Source: Octopus sinensis (Eukaryota). Taken from it: DNA of 64,000 bases. The notes under the pieces are model-generated. The model searched no databases. It worked only from the letters and a program-made list of their open reading frames with translations, and was not told the DNA's origin. Both the position numbers and the translations under genes were made by a program. This document shows positions 37,522 through 48,400 of the stretch, in pieces. Location of the stretch: positions 57,350,001 to 57,414,000 of the forward strand of contig NC_043009.1 of the NCBI RefSeq assembly GCF_006345805.1, written 5' to 3'. Each line of letters opens with the position of its first letter. Position 1 is the stretch's first letter.

Positions 37522-37707
37522 ACAGTAGTAGTAGTAGTGTTGTTACATAAGCAGAAAATAGTAGTAGTAGTAGTACTGATACTACTACTACTACTATCAC
37601 TACTACTACTACTATCACTACTACTACTACTACTACTACTACTATTTATTCTTCTACTACTACAACCACCACCACCACCACCACCACCTACACTACCGCC
37701 GTTGCTG

Positions 37708-37750
<43 letters not shown>

Positions 37751-38398
37751 AGTGGCTATTACGCCTTTATTGTCGCTGTGTTTGTGTTTGTTGTTGCTGT
37801 TATAGTTTACACTGTTGTTATTTTTGTTGCTCGTCTGTGTTGTTATTGCTGGCTCAGTTACTGTTGTATTTGCTGTCGTTATTATTATTATTATTATTAT
37901 TATTATTGATATTACAGGTGCTCCAGTTTTTACTAATCGTTGCTGTTGTTGTTGTTGTTGTCCTTGATGTTATTGCTGGTTCTGCCGCTGCAGTTATCTG
38001 GTTCAATATATGGCTGCACTGACTCATAACCGCTGTTCCATTCAACTTTGGTGTTATTTCATGTTTATGTAACGACACCATGTTACATAAACACTTTTGT
38101 TTACATAACTAATGCAATGGATCGATATGCCTGTTAAGCATGTAAGATTATCGATCACACACGCACGCACACAGACAAGCATTCACATGTACAATTTCTC
38201 CATTATATATATATATATATATATTATAATAGAAGGTAAAAATCATTAATGATTTTACCAAGGGGTCAGTGCGAAAATAAAAACCTTATAGGTAAATTTT
38301 ACAAATATTTTAATAATTATATACATAATTATAAAAAGGGATTGGCTATAAGCCTCTCCACGTGCTAAAAAAAGAGACGCCTAAAGACCTTACCACCT

Positions 38399-38444
<46 letters not shown>

Positions 38445-38551
38445 TAGACAAATGAATTATCTTATTACGGATAATTCGAAAGGTAACCGATACCTGGGTA
38501 GCAAACTCACAACAGCTCCATTCTATCCTATACTTTATATATATATATGGA

Positions 38552-38773
38552 CGAAAGGGTGTTGAAAAGTTCCTGGCTTTGGGTAAAATAAAACACTGGG
38601 GTATCACTTAATTACGATTTTATTCAGCAAAATATTCCGCTCCCAGATTCACACATTATTTGTAACGGCCCTTCAATTTTTTTCTAAGCCCATTAAAAGA
38701 ATTCGGAAGGTTAGGCCTTCAGCCAGGCCTTTCGTGACACCCTTATAACCAGGAACTTTTTAGCATCCCCTCG
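38552..38773. mobile_element. Mariner-derived MITE
   Basis: TIRs GGGTGTTGAAAAGTTCCTGGCTT / ACCAGGAACTTTTTAGCATCCCCTCG. Confidence 0.8.
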
Positions 38774-38789
38774 TCGCCGCGAGCGGTAT

Positions 38790-39219
38790 ATCGTTTGCAT
38801 GATGTGGAGAATATATCGCCACATTGCCCAAACGACCTGAACATTAGCTTCAAGGTTCATCCAAGGCTGGGACCACGGGCCATTCGTCCCCTGCCCAGTT
38901 CAGGATCACAAGATATAGGTATACTGCGACACAATTTCTTTTCCTCAACAGGCACTGCCCTATTTAAAATTGTCCCAAAAGAGATCAAAGAGGAAAAGGA
39001 TCCCATCACATTTAAACGGAATCTGGACAAATTTCTTCAAGGAATACCAGATGAACCACCTATACCTAGATACAACTCAATCAACAGGAAGTCACTACTT
39101 GAATGGGCCGTGATACCACAAAACTTGATTTAAAAAGGATTTAGATAATCCTATCAGGTGGTGCTATTAAGTTAGACATGTCCTGGACCAATCTTTGGTG
39201 GAAACGTATCTAAGTTTAT

Positions 39220-39220
<1 letters not shown>
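38790..39220 (+). pseudogene. CR1-clade LINE 3' end
   Basis: FFSSTGTALFKIVPKEIKEEKDPITFKRNLDKFLQGIPDEP, short 3' UTR, ends in (TA)n. Confidence 0.8.
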
Positions 39221-39260
<40 letters not shown>

Positions 39261-39262
<2 letters not shown>

Positions 39263-39494
39263 AAGTGCATCATCAGTGATGTTCCTGGGGTTTTAGGAAG
39301 TTTCGGGTCTTTTAACAACATACCTACTTACCCACTTGACCCAGCTATGACTGATAAAATACCATCTTACGTCCCAGTAACGAGCTATGAGTTTGTTCTC
39401 TTTATCAAAAGCCACCTAGTTGCTTCCTCTGTGGCTTCGTTGATGAAGCATATTTCTTACCATCCTCTTTGCTGCACCAGTAATTCCAAGCACA
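39261..39494 (-). mobile_element. HERO-like 3' end, second copy (inverted versus 35970-36204)
   Basis: High identity to the 3' 235 bp of the first copy. Bounded by (TA)n on both sides. Confidence 0.8.
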
Positions 39495-39559
39495 TATATA
39501 TATATATTGTGTGTGTTTGTGTGGTATGTGTGTGCTGTGTGTATTGTGTGTATATGTCT

Positions 39560-39795
39560 GTTGTCACATAAATTCGTTCGTTTTTCCGTCAACAGTTTCA
39601 ACAGATCAATCAATAATATATTCTCCTTCGTTGTTCATGACCTCTTGCCAACGTTCCACTAGCTTCTCAGCTGCCGTGATGAAATCACCGGTTTTGGGTT
39701 TGAAGGATTTCATCGAACCGCGTTCTTACCTCCTCTCCGTTGTTGAACGAAATGTCTCGTAAAATGTTGGAAAGTGACGAGAAAGGTAATAATCT
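39560..39795 (-). pseudogene. Mariner transposase C-terminal fragment
   Basis: KPKTGDFITAAEKLVERWQEVMNNEGEYIID*, cf. the mariner motif KL.ERW..V....GEYI. Confidence 0.7.
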
Positions 39796-39862
39796 AAAGG
39801 CATTAAATTCAGGAAAATGCAATGGATTTCGTAGAACTTTCCAACCGAGCTCTTGTTATTTA

Positions 39863-40251
39863 TCTTCTCTCTATATATAAACGGCAGTTTGTCTGTGTGT
39901 GTTTCTGTGTGTCTGTTTGGTTGTACTCTCACCCTGACCACGGCTTTCAACCGATTCTGATGAAACTTGACACACACATAGCCCAATGTCATAATTCAAA
40001 ACTAACGCAGTGAAAATTTTGAAAAGTTCCCCCAGTTCTGAAAAAAATCGATAAATTCGACATGGGGTCGAGAATCAGAAACACAAACCACAGACTGTCT
40101 AGGGGACGCAACTCGACCTTTTTTTAACTCTCAAAAAAAATTTACCATAATTTTTTTTCCATTTTTTTGCTATTTTCTGGCTATAACTCTCTAAAAATGC
40201 TTTATAGTTATTTCCCTTACAAACCTGAGCAACGCCGGGCGATACTGCTAG
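39863..40251 (+). mobile_element. Non-autonomous Helitron
   Basis: A|TC start and CTAG|T end. Last ~70 bp shared with 21407-21803. Confidence 0.85.
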
Positions 40252-40448
40252 TTGCTTAATAAAACCACTCGTAATACAGGATGCGACAGAAAGGTTACCC
40301 CGATTTTAAATGTTAAAAACAAACACATGAAGATACGAGAAAAAAATAAACTCTTCAACAACAAACGCACGATGCTTTCCACTCCAGGCTATGGTGGGTT
40401 CTACCTGAAACAGAAAAAAAAAATGGCATTTAATGAACTTCATAGAAA

Positions 40449-40547
40449 TACAAATTTTGTTTCATACAAATTTTGTTTCATACAAATTTTGTTTCATACA
40501 AATTTTGTTTCATACAAATTTTGTTTCATACAAATTTTGTTTCATAC
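40449..40547. repeat. Perfect 16-bp tandem repeat TACAAATTTTGTTTCA x6
   Basis: CAAATTTTG at 40451, 40467, 40483, 40499, 40515 and 40531. Confidence 0.97.
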
Positions 40548-40737
40548 GTGCCGGTGGCACGTAAAAAGCACCCACTACACTCACGGAGTGGTTGGCGTTA
40601 GGAAGGGCATCCAGCCGTAGAGATACTGCCAGATCAGACTGGGCCTGATGCAGCCTTCTGGCTTCACAGACCCCAGTTGAACCGTCCAACCCATGCTAGC
40701 ATGGAAAGCGGACGCTAAATAATGATGATGATGATGA
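40548..40737 (+). mobile_element. SINE/LINE 3' segment with RTE-type tail
   Basis: Ends AACCCATGCTAGCATGGAAAGCGGACGCTAAAT-(GAT)n, the form recalled for RTE-mobilised tails. Confidence 0.6.
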
Positions 40738-41081
40738 CATCCTCATGTGTTTTTTTTTTATATTAACCTTTGAAATCAGGGCAAACTTTCTGCCTCACCC
40801 TGTAGCAATTTTGATCAAATTAGTGACACGGCGGCGAACGTTGTTGAATTGAAGAAGAATACCTTGTCACTGATAGGGCCGTTTGGACCCTATCTTTCGA
40901 GTAAAGATCACGGGCGACAATATCACGAGAGCATGCTATCTGTTGGGTCAGTTCCCTTGGACTGGCGCAGGTTATCGTGTATGGGCCTCATTCAATCCTC
41001 ATTGAATTGGACGCGGAGAGTTTGTGAGGTTTAATTGCCCCTCCTTGGATCTTGAAAACCATTTCTGCCCTATTCTTTCAG

Positions 41082-41375
41082 TAATAATCCTTTCTACTAT
41101 AGGAACAAGGCCTGAAATTCAAGGGAGGCGAATAATCAGTTACATCGACTTATTTCTTTACAGCCAACAAAGGGCTACACATAGAGGGGACAAACAAGGA
41201 CAGACAAACGGATTAGGTCAATTATATCTATCCCAGTACGTAACTGGTACTTAATTTATCGACCCCAAAAGGATGAAAGGCAAAGTCGACCTCGGCGGAA
41301 TTTGAACTCAGAACGTAGCGGCAGACGAAATACCGCTAGGCATTTCGCCCAGTGTGCTAACGTTTCTGCCAGCTC
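41082..41375 (-). mobile_element. B SINE carrying both B and E tail parts
   Basis: Full head at 41375, B tail, then E tail. Confidence 0.8.
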
Positions 41376-42048
41376 GTTGAAAGGATGAAAGGCAAAGTAG
41401 ACCCTAGCCATTTAACCCATGCATGACAGAACCCACCCCCACTCTCTCTCTCTCTCTGTCAGTAAATCACTCACGTATTCACTAAAAAAAGATGCGAGAA
41501 AAAGTAATTAAATAAAATTTACTCTATCACTCTCTCTCCCTCTCTCTCTCTCTCGCTCTCTCTGACAACACACACCTCTCTCTCATACACTCACTCAAAA
41601 AGGATGTGAGGAAAAATAAATATTTATTTAAAATTTTAAAGCTTTTTTATTCTGGACTTTACCAGATGTAATAACTTGTCCAGTACTTTTCCAGGTTAGT
41701 AATTTTAAGAATAATATTCCTCTTGCTCGCATTTTCCCATGTAATATATATATATATATATGTATATATATACATATATATGTTGCACAAATGCGGGACA
41801 TGATTGTCTGGTAAAAACATCACGCATTGCAACCACGTGGTTTCTGGTTCAATCCCACTGCGCGATACTTTTGGCAAGTGTCTTCTATTACAGCTCCAGG
41901 TAGACTAATGCTTTGTGAGTGGACAGAAACATTGCCGAAGCCCGTTGTATGTATGTATGTATGTATGTATGTATGTATGTATGTATGTATGTATGTATGT
42001 ACATATATATATTCATTTATATATACATATACATACATACATACATAC

Positions 42049-42096
<48 letters not shown>

Positions 42097-42100
<4 letters not shown>

Positions 42101-42260
42101 AGAATTCACGAAAAATACAAAAGACGAAGACAAGTGATGTAGAAAACAAACAGATGCATTAGTATAACGCTCGGGAATTGAACAAGTCTTTTACGCTTCG
42201 AGCCTACGCTCTTCCACAGAAAGGAACACAGAAAGAAACCAGGAGAGAAAAAAATGTGTG
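42097..42260 (-). mobile_element. (TA)n-ending short element with decayed hammerhead (homolog of 61450-61614)
   Basis: Minus 42223-42188: CTTT-CTGTGGA-A-GAG(CGTAGG)CTC-GAAG-CG-TA|AAAG. Confidence 0.7.
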
Positions 42261-42369
42261 TAGTGGCTACCGTTGTATATATATATATATATATATAGAA
42301 ATTCGGGGTGAGTACTTGATAATTATAAGCACCTGTGTATACCGTTTGGTGGTGTAGGTGGTGGAGTAA

Positions 42370-42701
42370 ATTGATCAAAATAAAAACATGATGCGAAGGA
42401 TTCAGCGGTACATATGTTTCGGGCCTTTATTAGACAGATTTATAACAATGCATAATGTATGTCTGTGGCCTTCTTCAGCCGCGCACAACAGCTTCCACAA
42501 GGACATGTGTTACATCAAAAATTCTTGGTTGGGGATGCAAATCCTCTCATTCGCGTACGACATAATGCGGCAGCAGCATAGAATTGAAGCGTCCATCTCT
42601 TTCTTCTCTCAATGTAGAATGAGGAAATTTCCTCTGTCTAATAAAGGCCCGAAACATATGTACCGCTGAATCCTTCGCATCATGTTTTTATTTTGATCAA
42701 T
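42370..42701. mobile_element. 332-bp fold-back element with perfect 69-bp inverted arms
   Basis: 42370-42438 is the exact reverse complement of 42633-42701. (TA)n follows immediately on the right. Confidence 0.95.
42405..42482 (-). ncRNA. Type-I hammerhead ribozyme inside the fold-back element
   Basis: GCGG-CTGAAGA-A-GGCC-ACAGA...TCTGT...GGCC-C-GAAA-CATATG-TA|CCGC. Intact core, 4-bp GC stem I, palindromic stem III. Confidence 0.75.
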
Positions 42702-43145
42702 ATATATATATATATATATATATATAGGCGAGAAGAAAATGGAGGACAAATAACAAACAGTAGTCTGTCTTTTGCGCTAGTAACCCATTATTTAATTGGT
42801 AGATAAAGGTGATACTGTGAGTGAAGTTGTTTACGATCGTTTCTGTTTACCATGGTGAGGAAAAAATGATATTATATTTTTGCCTCGTTGCTAATGGTAG
42901 ACATCATCAGAACGAAGAAGTCAGAGGTAGAGAGAAGACGAGTGAAAGATCAATGATTACATCGGAAAAGAGAAGATCAAAGATTCGAACTGTGAGCCCC
43001 AATATAATGTTTGTTATTGTCCTTCATTTTCTTGTCGCCTATATAAATTAAACTACGGTTACCCGCTAAATTACTTGCTGGTGTATATATTTTAACAAGG
43101 AATATACCCACTGAGATAATTACCAGAAGTGGCTCTAACTTATAC

Positions 43146-43200
<55 letters not shown>

Positions 43201-43204
43201 CATG

Positions 43205-43236
<32 letters not shown>

Positions 43237-44376
43237 ATATTATATATATATATATATGTATGCATGTATGTATATATATATATGTATATATGTATATATA
43301 TATGTATATATATGTATATATATATATGTATATATGTATATATATATGTATATATATGTAATATATATATATATATATATATACATATCTATCTATCCAT
43401 CCATCTATATCTCTATCTATCTCTCTATTTATTTATCTATCTATCTATCTGTCTATCAATCTATCTATCTCTCTATCTATTCATGCGTGCGTGTGTGTTT
43501 ATGTGTGCGTGTGTGTGTGTGTATGTGTGCGTGTGTGTCTTTGTGTGTATGCATGCATATATTGTTGGAGAGATTTTATCCAGGTGGAGCGTACGTGAGG
43601 CATAGACAAGATATTTCTGACCTTCAAGACTCTTTTTCTGTCTTTCCCCTTCTCTGTTACGTTGTAAAAATACATATTTGTAAATTATTCCATCTCCAGG
43701 ACTGCATATCTTTAGAAATCACACACACACACACACTTACACACATTTATACATACACACATGCACATTATGTATTAATGTGTATATATGTATAGATTTG
43801 CATCCTAGTGCCAGTCGGTGGTGGTTGTCACAGGGTGCGCTATAGAAGTCAACCCGCCATTCTGGTATAAATATTCACATATAAACTTTAGGCTATTTTT
43901 AAACATAATTAGAAATCAAGTTAACTTAATCCTTGTTTCTTAGATTTTCGTATTATTAGAACTGAAATTATATTAAATTAAACCAATTAGTCCTAGATTA
44001 AGCAATTAGTATTCTATATATAAATATAATATTTGTGTATGTATATGTGTATATATATGTGTATAGCTGTCTATCTAGCAATATATTGGCATAAATTTTT
44101 CTCTCCTCACTCTTTCTCTCTTCTCCCTTCTCTCCCTCTCTTCCTCCTTCTCTCTCTCTCTCTATGATTTTCAATGAGATGTAGTTTTAGAGGTGGGAGA
44201 CTATGCTTTTTCAAGTTGAAGGAGAGAGAGAGAGATGGGAAGAGAGAGGGAGAGGGGATAGAGAGGCCAAGAGAGGGAAAACTAAGGAGAGAAGAGAGAA
44301 AGAGAGGGAGGAAGACAGAAACGGACACAGGGTGAGAGAAAGAGTGTCGGAGAGAAAGGGCGAATCAGAAAGAGTG

Positions 44377-44413
<37 letters not shown>

Positions 44414-44659
44414 GTGAGAGAGAAAGAGAGAGAGAGAAAGAGGAAAGAGTTTGATGGAATGCATAATATTTAATATCTGCGAAAGAAATTATGAATAAAA
44501 AGGCTTCTTTTTGTAGATTTGAAGTAAGTATCACCTGTCTGTCCCTCATTAGGACGTCCTCCCACTCAGATAAATATCTCTTCCATCTTGATAAACGGCT
44601 CCGTTACAGGTTCCATCGGTGACCCGTCTTGATAAATGTTTCCCCGACACTACACGTAC

Positions 44660-44800
44660 AAGATAACATGTGCTATCACAACCTTTGATCGTCTGAGAAG
44701 TCGAGTTCAAGGTTACGATCTGAATTGAACAACCAAGCTTATAGGTTTTATAAGGCAATTATTGTATCCTACCTTATCTATACGGCTTTGAAACAGTGAC
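44660..44800 (+). pseudogene. Old RTE-like RT fragment
   Basis: Degenerate TFDRLRSRV...TKL..YKAIIVSYL.YGFET (cf. AFGRL...TKL.VY.A.V...LLYG.ETW). Confidence 0.45.
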
Positions 44801-45400
44801 GTAGCAAGATGCGGGAAATATATCATAACAGACTTCTGAATAAAATAAGGTATACAATTCTATATTTCTGAAATGAGGATTTTTATATATTATAGTATTA
44901 GACAAAGTGGTGTCAATTTCTGATGAAGTCACTAAGGTGTATCTCAGAAAAAGTCACTAAGGTATATCACAAGACACCTGAAGAAGGCTGGAGCAGACAA
45001 TAGCCGAAACGTAGTCAAAACAACAACTAAGACAACAGCCCTATTAATACCATATGAAAATATTAAAAAAATATTAAAACCAGGTGTAAATAGCGGGGAA
45101 GGCAGCAGAGGAATGGCGGTGTGTTCGGCCAAGCAGATATTACATCTGTCCGAAGCATGATTACGCAAAAGCATTTTCGATGGGTTGGGCATACTGTGTG
45201 AAAGCGGGATATGACTGTGTGATGAAAGGAACTACCATTGCAACCACGTGGTGCCAGGTCCAGTCCCACATCGTGGCACTTGAGGCAAGTGTCTTCTAGT
45301 ACAGCATTCACGAGCCTACTAACGCCTTGTGAGTGAATTTGATGTACGGGAAATTTGCTGAAGCCCTTCCCATACAATATATATATATATATATACATAT

Positions 45401-48400
45401 ATAGAATTAACTGCATAGAATTAACTGCTGTATTTGTTTAGTATATATAGAGTTTATAGAGCGGTTAAAAATTTTCGGTATGCAAATTAAGGACTCCAGC
45501 ATAGAATTAAATGCTGTATTTGTTGAGTATATATAGAGTTTATATGGTGCTTAAAAATTTTCGGTATGCAAAATTAGGGACTCCAGCATAGAATTAACTG
45601 CTATATTTGTTGAGTATATATAGAGTTTATAGAGCGGTTAAAAATTTTGGGTATGCAAATTAGGGACTCCAGCATAGAATTGACTGCTATATTTGTTGAG
45701 TATATATAGAGTTTATACAGCGGTTAAAAATTTTCGGTATGCAAATTTGGGACTCCAGGATAGAATTAACTGCTATATTTGTTGAGTATATATAGAGTTT
45801 ATAGAGCGGTTAAAAATTTTGGGTATGCAAATTAGGGACTCCAGCATAGAATTGACTGCTATATTTGTTGAGTATATATAGAGTTTATAGAGCGGTTAAA
45901 AATTTTCGGTATGCAAAATTAGGGACTCCAGCATAGAATTAACTGCTATATTTGTTGAGTATATATAGAGTTTATACAGCGGTTAAAAATTTTCGGTATG
46001 CAAATTTGGGACTCCAGGATAGAATTAACTGCTATATTTGTTGAGTATATATAGAGTTTATAGAGCGGTTAAAAATTTTGGGTATGCAAATTAGGGACTC
46101 CAGCATAGAATTGACTGCTATATTTGTTGAGTATATATAGAGTTTATAGAGCGGTTAAAAATTTTCGGTATGCAAATTAGGGACTCCAGCATAGAATTGA
46201 CTGCTATATTAGTTGAGTATATATAGAGTATATAGAGCGGTTAAAAATTTTGGGTATGCAAATTAGGGACTCCAGCATAGAATTAACTGCTATATTTGTT
46301 GAGTATATATAGAGTTTATAGGGCGGTTTCAAATTTTCGGTATGCAAATTAGGGACTCCAGCATAGAATTAACTGCTATATTTGTTGAGTATATATAGAG
46401 TTTATAGAGCATTAAAAGTTTTCTGTATGCAAATTAGGGACTCCAGCATAGAATTGACTGCTATATTTGTAGAATATATATAGAGTTTATAGAGCGGTTG
46501 AAATTTTTGGTATGCAAATTAGGGACTCCAGCATAGAATTAACTGCTATATTTGTTGAGTATATATAGAGTTTATAGAGCGGTTTCAAATTTCGGTATGT
46601 AAATTAGGGACTCCAGCATAGAATTAACTGCTATATTTGTTGAGTATATATAGAGTTATAGAGCGTTAAAAATTTTCGGTATGCAAATTAGGGACTCCAG
46701 CATAGAATTGACTGCTATATTTGTGTAGAATATATATAGAGTTTATAGAGCGGTTAAAAATTTTCGGTATGCAAATTAGGGACTCCAGCATAGAATAACT
46801 GCTATATTTGTTGAGTATATATAGAGTTATAGGGCGGTTAAAAATTTTCGGTAGGCAAATTAGGGACTCCAGCGTTTAAAATTTTTCGTATGCAAATTAG
46901 GGACTCCAGCATAGAATTGACTGCTATATTTGTTGAGTATATATAGAGTTTATAGAGCGGTTAAAAATTTTGGGTATGCAAATTAGGGACTCCAGCATAG
47001 AATTGACTACTATATTTGTTGAGTATATATAGAGTTTATAGAGCGGTTAAAAATTTTGGGTATGCAATTAGGGACTCCAGCATAGAATTAACTGCTATAT
47101 TTGTTGTATATATAGAGTTTATAGGGCGGTTAAAAATTTTCGGTATGTAAATTAGGGACTCCAGCATAGAATTAACTGCTATATTTGTTGAGTATATATA
47201 GAGTTTATAGAGCGTTAAATTTTTCTGTATGCAAATTAGGGACCCCAGCATAGAATTGACTGCTATATTTGTTGAGTATAATAGATTTTATAGAGCGTTA
47301 AAAATTTTCTGTATGCAAATTAGGGACTCCAGCATAGAATTGACTGCTATATTTGTTGAGTATATATTGAGTTTTATAGGGCGGTTAAAATTTTCGGTAT
47401 GCAAATTAGGGACACCAGCATAGAATTGACTGCTATATTTGTAGAATACATATAGATTTTATAGAGCAGTTAAAAATTTTTTTGTATGCAATTAGGGATT
47501 CCAGCATAGAATAACTGCTATATTTGTTGAGTATAATAGAGTTTATAGAGCGGTTAAAAATTTTCGGTATGCAAATTAGGGACTCCAGCATAGAATTACT
47601 GCTATATTTGTATATAATATAGAGTTTTATAGCGGTTAAAAATTTTCGGTATGCAAATTTGGGACTCCAGATAGAATTAACTGCTATATTTGGTATATAT
47701 ATAGAGTTTATAGAGCGGTTAAAAATTTTGGGTATGCAAATTAGGGACTCCAGCATAGAATTGACTGCTATATTTGTTGAGTATATATAGAGTTTATAGA
47801 GCGGTTAAAAATTTTCGGTATGCAAATTAGGGACTCCAGCATAGAATTGACTGCTATATTAGTTGAGTATATATAGAGTATATAGAGCGGTTAAAAATTT
47901 TGGGTATGCAAATTAGGGACTCCAGCATAGAATTAACTGCTATATTTGTTGAGTATATATAGAGTTTATAGGGCGGTTTCAAATTTTCGGTATGCAAATT
48001 AGGGACTCCAGCATAGAATTAACTGCTATATTTGTTGAGTATATATAGAGTTTATAGAGCATTAAAAAGTTTCTGTATGCAAATTAGGGACTCCAGCATA
48101 GAATTGACTGCTATATTTGTAGAATATATATAGAGTTTATAGAGCGGTTGAAATTTTTGGTATGCAAATTAGGGACTCCAGCATAGAATTAACTGCTATA
48201 TTTGTTGAGTATATATAGAGTTTATAGAGCGGTTTCAAATTTTCGGTATGTAAATTAGGGACTCCAGCATAGAATTAACTGCTATATTTGTTGAGTATAT
48301 ATAGAGTTTATAGAGCGTTAAAAATTTTCGGTATGCAAATTAGGGACTCCAGCATAGAATTGACTGCTATATTTGTAGAATATATATAGAGTTTATAGAG

